From positions 4,101 to 68,100 of the forward strand of contig CALUFN010000003.1 of NCBI GenBank assembly GCA_944319945.1: a stretch of 64,000 nt of DNA. The letters are read 5' to 3'. Source of the DNA: an uncultured Prevotella sp. (GTDB lineage: Bacteria > Bacteroidota > Bacteroidia > Bacteroidales > Bacteroidaceae). Each line of letters begins with the position of its first letter. The first letter of the stretch is position 1. Under the pieces are notes generated by a model. That model was not told the origin of the DNA and did no database searches. It saw nothing but the letters and a program-made list of their open reading frames with translations. The position numbers were made by a program, and so were the translations under genes. Below, piece after piece: positions 49,502 through 58,200 of the stretch.

Positions 49502-50065
49502 TTAGAATTTTATTTCGGGAGCCTTGTCGTAAGCCGCGCGCTCCTCTTGCGGCACCTCGAACATCGGCTCCTTGCCGAACTTGAACATCTTGGCGAAAAT
49601 GTTCGACGGGAACGTCTCCACGGCGTTGTTAAGCTCACGCGTGGTAGAGTTGAAGAAGCGGCGTGCGGCCGCCAGCTTGTTCTCCAGGTCAGACAGCTCC
49701 GTCTGCAGGTGCATGAAGTTTTGGTTGGCCTTGAGATCCGGGTAGGCTTCGAGCGACACTTTCAGTCCTGCCAATGCGCTCGACAGGGCGTTCTCGGCGT
49801 TGATCTTCTCGTTGATGCCTGTAGCGTTGACGGCGGCCGAGCGTGCTTCGGTCACTCGTTGGAGCACTTCGCGCTCGTGGGTGGCGTATCCTTTGACCGT
49901 AGATACGAGCTGCGGCACGAGATCGTGGCGCTGTTTCAGCTGCACGTCGATGTTGGCGAATGCGTTTTCGCGGTTGTTTCTAAGTTTCACAAGGTTGTTG
50001 TAAAGGCTCACTCCCCATATCACGAGGAGCACCACGATCACTAAAATAATGATTCCGATAGTCAT
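49502..50065 (-). CDS. lemA: LemA family protein
   Basis: N-terminal TM, YNNLV, QLKQRHDL.P, EAYPDLKAN and ENKLAAARRFFN. Confidence 0.95.
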   Translation of the reverse strand: MTIGIIILVIVVLLVIWGVSLYNNLVKLRNNRENAFANIDVQLKQRHDLVPQLVSTVKGYATHEREVLQRVTEARSAAVNATGINEKINAENALSSALAGLKVSLEAYPDLKANQNFMHLQTELSDLENKLAAARRFFNSTTRELNNAVETFPSNIFAKMFKFGKEPMFEVPQEERAAYDKAPEIKF

Positions 50066-50098
50066 GATTCTATAAAATTGTTATTTGGTCTTGGTATG

Positions 50099-50251
50099 TC
50101 TTATGCAAAGATAATGCCAGCGAGCGCAATGCAAGTTTACTTGTAAATTGCCGAGCGCAGCTTATCTTATCTAAAGATAATGCCAGTGAGCGCAATGCAA
50201 GTTTACTTGTAAATTGCCGAGCGCAGCTTGTCTTATGCAAAGATAATGCCA
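50099..50251 (-). repeat. 66-bp tandem repeat (2 full units + partial) upstream of lemA, each unit bounded by a -7 promoter box
   Basis: Units start at 50099, 50165 and 50231; TATCTTTG on minus at 50106-50113 and 50238-50245. Confidence 0.92.
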
Positions 50252-50417
50252 TTTGCCTGAATGTCATAGCTTTGTTAAGATTTAATTCAAATCTTTTTAT
50301 ATTTTATTCTTTTGCCGCTGTTCTTTTGCTTCACGGCTACTGTTGCGCATACGCTGCGGCGGCATGTACGGCATATGTTGGCACCTATCGTAACATGTTG
50401 ATTCATAATGTTTTATG

Positions 50418-50496
50418 AAAGGTTGCTTTTTACGTTGCAAAAGGTTGCCTTTTAGGCTGCAAAAGGTAACCTTTTACACGGCTTAAGGTAGTCTTT
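50418..50496. repeat. 22-bp-phased palindrome array 6 (4 units)
   Basis: Units at 50418, 50440, 50462, 50484: AAAGGTTGCTTTT, AAAGGTTGCCTTT, AAAGGTAACCTTT, TAAGGTAGTCTTT. Confidence 0.9.
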
Positions 50497-50558
50497 TACA
50501 TGAGCATTGCCGCTGTATAGCCCTTTAGGCCCGGACCGCAGGCTGTTAGTGTGGCATG

Positions 50559-50596
50559 AAAAAACGGCGTTACGCCACATCAGGCGTAACGCCGTT
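50559..50596 (-). terminator. Intrinsic terminator of the SLT gene
   Basis: 14-bp stem AACGGCGTTACGCC/GGCGTAACGCCGTT followed by a U-run on the minus strand. Confidence 0.85.
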
Positions 50597-50601
50597 ATCG
50601 G

Positions 50602-51033
50602 TTATTTCAGCAATTTCATCACCTTGTTGAAGTATTTCTGCGTGCCCCTTACGCTGTACTTCGGTCCGCCGTTCCACGACCTGATGGCCTTCTCTACGTT
50701 GTTTTGAGGGTTGTGGTATGACTGTATCAAGACGAACATTTCCTTAGATTTCGCCACGTTGAAACGGTCAGACAGCTTGAATCTTTTCTTACTGTTCCTC
50801 TTTTTCAGGATTTCGTTGCATTCCTTCACCAAGATCGGAGTTATCTGCATGGCCCCGCACGAGTTGCCGCTTACCGCTTTAGGGTCGCCCTCGCTTTCCA
50901 CTTCAATTATCGCATCCATCACCGGATTCCAATTGAACTTCGAGCCTTTCGCTCCGTTGCCTGCGGCAAGGACGTGCAGACCCGCCGCGAAGATAAATAA
51001 TGTCACAAATACTTTTCTTAACAATCTGTTCAT
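50602..51033 (-). CDS. Small secreted lytic transglycosylase (SLT/lysozyme-like) protein
   Basis: Signal peptide, AIIEVESEG (catalytic Glu), GAMQITP and AIRSWNGG. Confidence 0.8.
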   Translation of the reverse strand: MNRLLRKVFVTLFIFAAGLHVLAAGNGAKGSKFNWNPVMDAIIEVESEGDPKAVSGNSCGAMQITPILVKECNEILKKRNSKKRFKLSDRFNVAKSKEMFVLIQSYHNPQNNVEKAIRSWNGGPKYSVRGTQKYFNKVMKLLK

Positions 51034-51492
51034 ATTATCCTGTTTATGGCACCTGGACATAAGTGAAAGTTGGATGTCCGCGACGTGCGGTTTGTGTGTA
51101 AAATAATGCTTAAACCGCGTCTGGATGCCAGTTGAAAACTACACGGATAGCGGCTTTCAAAACAAAAGAAGACTCACTATCCTCATCTTTTTACCGCTGC
51201 AAAGGTATGAAAAATTTACTTACCAGCCAAGCATTTTTCGCTTTTTTGAACATTTTAATATATTGATGGTGTTTTGTATGTCATTGGTAATCAATGGTTT
51301 AATGTTGTTTTGTGTAAAATGTTTTAAACTCGTTTAATCATCCCGTTTCAGTCGTTTAACACTGCTCTGATGGTGTTTTTGCGCATGTCTTCACGGTGTG
51401 GCAGGCCGTGTCGACGGTCCGCCAAGCCGCCGTTTTTCGTGCAATTCTTATCATGTGTTTTCCTGAAAATTGCATTTGTCAGGAAAATTCCT

Positions 51493-51568
51493 TATTTTTG
51501 CATAAGATAAGCTGCGCTCGGCAATTTGCAAGTAAACTTGCATTGCGCTCGCAGGCATCATCTTTGCG
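51493..51568 (+). repeat. Single copy of the 66-bp promoter-bounded repeat upstream of queD, inverted relative to 50099-50251
   Basis: TATTTTTG at 51493 and CATCTTTG at 51559 are 66 bp apart; the interior matches the lemA units with few mismatches. Confidence 0.9.
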
Positions 51569-51606
51569 CCGGATAACGAGATAGGTAAAGTTAACACATT
51601 ATATAT

Positions 51607-51945
51607 ATGTATTACGTTTCAAAACAAATGGAGATAGCCGGTTGCCACCGTCTTGAGCTGCCGTATGACAGCAAGTGCCGCAAGGTGCACGGCCACAACT
51701 GGATTGTGACAGTATATTGTAAGTCGCGCGAGCTTAACGCCGAAGGTATGGTGGTAGACTTCAAGGATATCAAGGAAAAGATTCACGGCTATCTCGACCA
51801 CGGCGACTTCAACGAGCTGTTGCCGTTTAATCCCACGGCCGAGAACATCGCCCGCTGGATATGCGAGCAGGTGGACCACTGCTACCGTGTGGACATAGAG
51901 GAGAGCAGGAACAACAAGGTGGTTTACGTTAAGGATGAGGACTGA
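51607..51945 (+). CDS. queD: 6-carboxy-5,6,7,8-tetrahydropterin synthase
   Basis: AGCHRL, CRKVHGHNW, VDFKDIK and NPTAENIA. Confidence 0.9.
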   Translation: MYYVSKQMEIAGCHRLELPYDSKCRKVHGHNWIVTVYCKSRELNAEGMVVDFKDIKEKIHGYLDHGDFNELLPFNPTAENIARWICEQVDHCYRVDIEESRNNKVVYVKDED

Positions 51946-51951
51946 GCGGCC

Positions 51952-52524
51952 ATGCGCATTAATGAGATATTCTATTCGTTGCAGGGCGAAGGCTTTCATG
52001 CTGGTACTCCGGCCGTGTTCATACGCTTTTCGGGATGCAACCTGAAGTGCTCGTTTTGCGACACGTCGCATGAGGAGTTTACTGACATGTGTGAAGAAGA
52101 CATCATGCGTAAGGTGGCTGAATATCCGGCCGCGCACGTCGTAATAACAGGCGGCGAGCCTACGCTCCAGCTCACGCGTAGGCTCGTAGACATGCTGCAC
52201 GCTGCCGGTAAGTACGTCCAGATTGAGACCAACGGCACGTGCCCGCTGCCCGACGGCTGCCGTATAGACTGGGTGACGTGTTCGCCAAAGAACCGCCAAG
52301 TGAGGCTGGGGCATATCGACGAGCTGAAAGTGGTGTTCGAGTCGGCGGGGCAAGACATGTCGCAGTATGACCGCTATGCGGCCACCGTTTACAGTCTTCA
52401 GCCGTGCGACGTTGGCGACGCCTCAGCCAACGCCCGCATATTGCATGATTGCGTAGCCTACTGCCTTGCCCACCCGAAGTGGCGCTTATCGTTACAGACG
52501 CATAAGATGATAAACGTAAGGTAA
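51952..52524 (+). CDS. queE: 7-carboxy-7-deazaguanine synthase (radical SAM)
   Basis: EIFYSLQGEG, CNLKCSFCDT, ITGGEP, IETNG and LSLQTHK. Confidence 0.92.
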   Translation: MRINEIFYSLQGEGFHAGTPAVFIRFSGCNLKCSFCDTSHEEFTDMCEEDIMRKVAEYPAAHVVITGGEPTLQLTRRLVDMLHAAGKYVQIETNGTCPLPDGCRIDWVTCSPKNRQVRLGHIDELKVVFESAGQDMSQYDRYAATVYSLQPCDVGDASANARILHDCVAYCLAHPKWRLSLQTHKMINVR

Positions 52525-52527
52525 AAA

Positions 52528-52563
52528 AGAAACGACTTGTCGGATACCGACAAGTCGTTTTCT
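52528..52563. terminator. Bidirectional terminator between queE and the tRNA
   Basis: AAACGACTTGTCGG-ATA-CCGACAAGTCGTTT perfect stem. Confidence 0.85.
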
Positions 52564-52568
52564 GTTAG

Positions 52569-52641
52569 TTGCGGAGGCAGGACTCGAACATGCGACCTCC
52601 AGGTTATGAGCCTGGCGAGCTACCAACTGCTCCACTCCGCG
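52569..52641 (-). tRNA. tRNA-Met (CAT), initiator type
   Basis: CGCGGAG-TGGAGCAGTTGGTAGCTCG-CCAGG-CTCATAA-CCTGG-AGGTC-GCATG-TTCGAGT-CCTGC-CTCCGCA-A; C1:A72 mismatch; CCA not encoded. Confidence 0.93.
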
Positions 52642-52874
52642 ATGTTTAATCTGATGTTTTGCTCGTCATTTCTGATTTGCGTGTGCAAAGGTATGGCTTT
52701 TTAGCGAATTACGCAAACTTTTGTAGGTCTTTTTCTACTAATCTGTTAATTTTTAGTTAAATTCAGTAGGTTTTGTCCGTATTAATGCTGCGCTGAGAGC
52801 TTAAGAGTGACTTTTTTGCATGCCGGCGATGCATTAAGGAAGTTAAAATATTTTGCCGTTTCAAATAAAATTGA

Positions 52875-52907
52875 TACTTTTGCACACGATAAACCGAATG
52901 TGCAAAA
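52875..52907 (+). promoter_or_regulatory. tetR promoter -7 box overlapped by an inverted repeat (candidate operator)
   Basis: TACTTTTG at 52875-52882; TTTTGCACA-N12-TGTGCAAAA at 52878-52907. Confidence 0.5.
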
Positions 52908-52931
52908 TAAAAGACAAGGGGGAAAGTCAGT

Positions 52932-53525
52932 ATGTCCATATCTAAAACAAGGCAAAAATTGGTTGACGTGGCTCGGCAGTTGTTTGCGAAGAACGGTTTG
53001 GAGAACACGACGATGAACGACATAGCGCGCTCTTCCGGCAAAGGCAGGCGTACGCTTTATACGTATTTTAAGAGCAAGGAAGACGTTTATTATGCCGTTA
53101 TAGAGTCTGAGTTGGAACGGCTTTCCGATAAGATGGACGAGGTGGCGGCGAAGAAGATACGTCCGCAGGATAAGATCATCGAGTTGATTTACACCCACCT
53201 TAACATGATTAAGGAGACCGTGATGCGCAACGGTAATCTGCGTGCCGCTTTCTTCAGGAATATATGGATGGTGGAAAAGGTAAGGAAAAACTTCGACGAA
53301 GACGAGATAGAGCTTTTCCGTAAGGTCTATGCCGACGGGAAGGCCGACGGCGAGTTTGACATTGACAATGTGGAACTCGTGGCCGACATCACCCACTATT
53401 GCATCAAGGGGCTTGAGGTGCCTTACATTTGCGGCCGCCTGGGCCACGGCATGACGCCCGAGGCGAGCAAGCCGCTGGTGGCTAAGGTGGTTTACGGTGC
53501 TTTGGGTAAGTCGATTACTAAGTGA
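52932..53525 (+). CDS. TetR/AcrR-family transcriptional regulator
   Basis: ARQLFAKNGLENTTMNDIA...GRRTLYTYFKSKED HTH. Confidence 0.93.
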   Translation: MSISKTRQKLVDVARQLFAKNGLENTTMNDIARSSGKGRRTLYTYFKSKEDVYYAVIESELERLSDKMDEVAAKKIRPQDKIIELIYTHLNMIKETVMRNGNLRAAFFRNIWMVEKVRKNFDEDEIELFRKVYADGKADGEFDIDNVELVADITHYCIKGLEVPYICGRLGHGMTPEASKPLVAKVVYGALGKSITK

Positions 53526-53629
53526 CGCCTTACGGGCGTGCGGTTGGGGCGGTCATATATAATATAAGGTGGACTTGTCGCCCCTGTGTTTTTGAATAGT
53601 AAGTTTCATTTAAAATAAAATTAAACAAC

Positions 53630-54376
53630 ATGGGATTATTATCAGGTAAGACCGCCCTTATTACAGGTGCGGCGCGCGGTATAGGTAAGGCTATCGCGCT
53701 GAAATTCGCCGAAGAGGGTGCTAACATCGCCTTCACCGACCTTGTAATAGACGAGAACGGAAAGGCTACCGAGGCTGAGATCGCCGCTAAGGGCGTAAAG
53801 GCGAAAGGCTACGCAAGCAATGCCGCCGACTTTGCTCAGACTGCCGACGTGGTAAACCAAGTGAAAGAGGATTTCGGCTCTATAGACATCCTTGTGAACA
53901 ATGCCGGAATTACTAAGGACGGGCTCATGATGCGCATGACCGAGGCGCAGTGGGATGCAGTAATCGCCGTAAACCTTAAGTCGGCGTTTAACTTCATACA
54001 TGCCTGCACGCCGATAATGATGCGCCAGAAGAGCGGAAGCATCATCAACATGGCGTCTGTGGTAGGCGTTCACGGCAATGCCGGCCAGTGCAACTACGCT
54101 GCGTCGAAGGCCGGACTGATAGCACTTGCCAAGAGCATCGGCCAGGAGATAGGTTCGCGCGGCATACGTGCCAACGCCATCGCTCCCGGATTCATCGAGA
54201 CGGCCATGACGCAGGCTTTGCCCGACAACATCCGTAAGGAATGGATACAGAAGATACCGCTGCGCCGCGCAGGTCAGGTGGAAGACATCGCCAACGTGGC
54301 AACGTTCCTCGCCTCAGACCTCTCTTCTTACGTTACCGGCCAGGTAATACAGGTAGACGGCGGAATGAACATGTAA
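53630..54376 (+). CDS. fabG: 3-oxoacyl-ACP reductase
   Basis: TGAARGIG, NNAGIT, YAASK and NAIAPGFI. Confidence 0.93.
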   Translation: MGLLSGKTALITGAARGIGKAIALKFAEEGANIAFTDLVIDENGKATEAEIAAKGVKAKGYASNAADFAQTADVVNQVKEDFGSIDILVNNAGITKDGLMMRMTEAQWDAVIAVNLKSAFNFIHACTPIMMRQKSGSIINMASVVGVHGNAGQCNYAASKAGLIALAKSIGQEIGSRGIRANAIAPGFIETAMTQALPDNIRKEWIQKIPLRRAGQVEDIANVATFLASDLSSYVTGQVIQVDGGMNM

Positions 54377-54462
54377 TTAATTAAGAGTTAAGAGTTAAGA
54401 AAATACGCCCTTGCGGCTTTCCTAACTCTTAATTCTTAACTATAAACTCTTAATTCTTAATT
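54377..54462. repeat. Heptamer-built palindrome between fabG and the pseudouridine synthase gene
   Basis: TTAAGAG x3 on the left and CTCTTAA/TTCTTAA units on the right. Confidence 0.85.
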
Positions 54463-54466
54463 TCTA

Positions 54467-55138
54467 ATGGACGTAGTTTACGAAGACAACCATGTCATCA
54501 TCGTGAGTAAGCGCAGCGGCGAGATAGTGCAGGGCGATAAGACCGGCGACCGCACGCTTGCAGACGACGTAAAGGCGTATATCAAGGAAAAGTACGCCAA
54601 GCCGGGCAACGTGTTTCTCGGCGTAGCCCACAGGCTCGACCGGCCCGTGTGGGGGCTTGTTGTCTTTGCTAAGACGTCGAAAGCCCTTGCGCGACTTAAC
54701 GACATGTTTCGTAACGGCGACGTGCACAAGACTTATTGGGCTATATGCCAGAACGTTCCGCAGCAGCCCGAGGCCACTCTCACGCACTGGATAACGAGAA
54801 ACGAGCGACAAAACAAGAGCTATGCCTACGACAGGGAGGTGCCTGGCTCGAAGAAGGCCGTGCTGCACTATAAGGTGATAGGCCGTTCCGAGAGGTACAC
54901 GCTCTTGGAAGTGCGGCTCATGACTGGGCGCCACCATCAGATACGCTGCCAGTTGGCGAAGATAGGATGCCCGATAAAGGGCGACCTGAAATACGGAGCG
55001 CGCCGCAGCAACCCTGACGGCAGCATCTCGCTGCTGGCACGCAAGGTGGAGTTTACCCATCCCGTGTCGAAAGAGCCCGTATGCGCAATAAGTCCCGTGC
55101 CCGACGACCGCTTGTGGACGGACATCTCTCCTCGTTGA
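54467..55138 (+). CDS. RluA-family RNA pseudouridine synthase
   Basis: HRLDRP catalytic Asp, TGRHHQIR and GDLKYG. Confidence 0.92.
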   Translation: MDVVYEDNHVIIVSKRSGEIVQGDKTGDRTLADDVKAYIKEKYAKPGNVFLGVAHRLDRPVWGLVVFAKTSKALARLNDMFRNGDVHKTYWAICQNVPQQPEATLTHWITRNERQNKSYAYDREVPGSKKAVLHYKVIGRSERYTLLEVRLMTGRHHQIRCQLAKIGCPIKGDLKYGARRSNPDGSISLLARKVEFTHPVSKEPVCAISPVPDDRLWTDISPR

Positions 55139-55261
55139 GAGATTTTCACGTCAGGCAAGTTCATGAACGGTGTAACCTTAAATTTATCACCGAATCATTT
55201 CTTTTTTCCGAAAATAATTGTTTACTTTGCACGTAAGTACACTAAAACCAATATTTATTAC

Positions 55262-58200
55262 GTGCAAAGAAAGAAATTGCTAAAATGGGGAGCCGGCATA
55301 GTGCTGACGCCTGTTTTACTGTTCGTCATACTGACCGTGATGCTCTATCTGCCGCCCGTGCAAAACTGGCTCGTTAGGCAGGTGGCCGACTATGCCTCGC
55401 GGCAGACCGGCATGGACATATCTGTGGAGCGTGTCAGGCTGGTGTTTCCGCTCGACCTGGGCGTTGACGGATTTAGGATGATACAGCCTAACGACTCGTT
55501 GCCCGGCGTGAAGGACACCATTGCCGACGTGAGGCGCCTCGTGGTAGATGTGCGGCTGGCTCCGCTGCTCGATAAGAGGGTTGAGATAGACGCCCTCGAG
55601 CTTAGCGGCGTGAGGCTTAACACCGACGGACTGATACACGAGGCGAGGGTTAAGGGTTCGGTAGGCCGCCTTTACCTGAAGAGCCACGGCGTAGACCTCG
55701 GCGGCGAGACGGTAAGGGTGAACGAGGCACTGCTTGCTGATGCCGATGTTGACGTGGTGCTGAGCGACACTGTGCCGCCCGACACGTCTTCGACGAAGAC
55801 CAACTGGAAGATAATCGTCGACAGGTTGGGCATTGACCGCACGGGGGTGACGGTGCACATGCCGGGCGACACCCTGCAGATAGCGGCCTATCTGGGCGAT
55901 ACCGAGGCACTCGGCGGATACTTCGACCTGTATTCGGGCCTTTACAAGGTGCGCCGCATTGACTGGCGCGAGGGGCACTTGGCCTATGATAACAACTTCG
56001 AGGAGCGCGTAAAGGGGCTTGACGTCAACCATATAAGCCTGACCGACGTGGCCCTCGGCGTAGATTCGGTGTATTATTGCGCGTCAGACCTAAGGCTGTC
56101 GCTGTCCGAATGCTCGTTTAAGGAGAAGAGCGGCATAGCCGTCAGCAGGATGGCGGCCAGGGTGGACATGGACTCCGTGAGGTTGAGCCTGCCGGCGTTC
56201 ACCCTCAGCACGCCCGACTCTTACCTCTCGGCGCGCTTCATGATGGATCTCGATGCTTTCAGCCGTGAGGCCCCGGGGCGGATAAGTCTCAGTGCCGACT
56301 GCACTTTGGGCAAGCAAGACGTGATGCGCCTGCTGGGCGACATGCCTACGGCCTTCGTGCGCCGCTGGCCCAACCAGCCGCTGACGGTGAAAGCCGTGGT
56401 GGCCGGCAACATGGACAACCTGAGGTTCGGAGGAGTGAACGCCAAACTGCCCACGGCGTTCAACATAAACATGAGTGGCACGGCGGCCGGCCTTAACGAT
56501 GCCGACAGGTTGGCAGCTACGGCCTCGATAGACGCTAAGGCTTACGACTTGGGCTTTGTGACCGAGCTGCTTAAGGCCGGTGGTGGGGCCGTGTCGATAC
56601 CTCGCAACATAGGCCTGAAGGGCCGCGTCGGTATAGACGGTAAGCGTTACCGCGCCGACCTGACCGCCACCGAGGGCGGCGGCAGCCTTAAGGCCGAGGG
56701 CTGGTTTGACGCAGGACGAATGAGCTATGAGGCCTCTGTGGCGGTCGAGCGGCTCAAGGTTGGCCACTTCATTCCCACAGGCGGCTTCGGCGACCTCACG
56801 GCGCACGCCTCCGTCAAGGGGCACGGCGTGAGGCTAATGTCGCGCGCCACGGCTCTCACTGCCGATGCCGTGGTGGACAAGTTCTCCATAGGAGAGTATA
56901 ACCTTGACAGCATAAGCCTTGCGGCCGACATGAAGGGAGGCCGGGCACGCATAGGTTTGGGCAGCGATAATCCGCTGGCCAAAGGCACGGTGGCACTCAA
57001 CGCCGCAGTTAACCCGAAGATGATACGCTCCACGCTCGAGGCCGACCTTAAACACGTTGACTGGTACGGGCTGCGCCTCGTGGAGTCGCAGATGACGACC
57101 TCGCTGCGCTGCCGCGTCGACGTTGGCACCGACCTTAAGAACGTGCTCCGCGTGAAGGGTACGGTCAACGACCTTGTAATCACAGACTCGGCCCGCGTGT
57201 TCAGCCCCGACGACCTGCTGGTAGACGTCATAACAAGCCGCGACACCACCCACTTCGTCACCGAGTGCGGCGATTTCAGGTTGCACTTCAACGGCCGTGG
57301 CGGCTACCGTAAGATACTCGACAAGGGCAGGCTGTTCGCCGAGGAACTGTCGGCCCAGCTGGAAGCCAAGCAGATCGACATATCCGAGTTGCGCAAGAAG
57401 CTACCTTTGGCCCACCTATATCTCACCACGGGCAAGGACAATCCACTCAGCCGCTTCATCGCCGCTAAGGGCTTCGTGTTCCAAGACGCCGACGTCGACT
57501 TCGCTACGTCGCCCGTGACGGGCTTCAACGGTGACATACGGCTGCTCGAACTGCAGAACGCCTCGGTGAAGCTCGACACGATAAGGCTAAACGTAGTGTC
57601 TGACTCGTCCAGCTGCACCTACAGCGCGCAGGTGAGAAACAACGCCGAAAACAAGCAGTACGTATTCAACGCCCTGCTCGACGGCTACGTGTTCGAGAAA
57701 GGCTCTGGAGCCAACGTCAGGGTGTACGACGCCCGCGACAGCCTCGGCATAAAGCTCGGTTTCGAGGCCTCGATGGAGGCCGACGGCATAAAGGTGCGCA
57801 TGCTGGCCGACGACCCCGTGCTCGGGTACAAGACGTTCAAGGTGAACGATGACAACTATCTCTACATGGGAGCCGACAGGCGCGTGTCGGCCAAGCTGCG
57901 GTTGACGGCAGCCGACGGCACCGGCATACACTTGTATTCAAATGACGACAACGCCGAGGCACTGCAGGATATGACGTTGGGGCTCAACAAGTTCGACCTT
58001 AAGAAGGTTCTCTCAGTGGTGCCCTTCATGCCCGACATCGGCGGTACGCTCAACGGCGACTTCCACGTGATACAGATGCCCGACGAGTTCTCTTTGTCGG
58101 CCTCCGTGTCTGTCGACGGCATGACTTACGGACGCAGCCGCATGGGCGACATCGGCACGGAGTTCGTCTACATGCCAATGAGCAACGGCACGCATACGCT

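Noticed and set aside
50099-50251. 66-bp tandem repeat or the 22-bp arrays as a CRISPR array
   Set aside because: The 66-bp units are contiguous with no unique spacers; the 22-bp arrays have only 9-nt linkers and 4-5 units; no cas genes in the window.
50070-50267. 65-aa ORF over the 66-bp repeats and the similar 62-aa ORF at 51396-51584
   Set aside because: They are translations of the repeat itself; no independent coding signal.
50099-51568. Invertible (phase-variable) segment bounded by the inverted 66-bp copies
   Set aside because: The copies have several mismatches, the promoters lie inside the repeats so inversion would not switch them, and no invertase is nearby. Read-orientation analysis would settle it.
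51568-51606. Second preQ1 riboswitch upstream of queD-queE
   Set aside because: The short leader after the repeat has no P1/P2 pairing or A-tract pattern.
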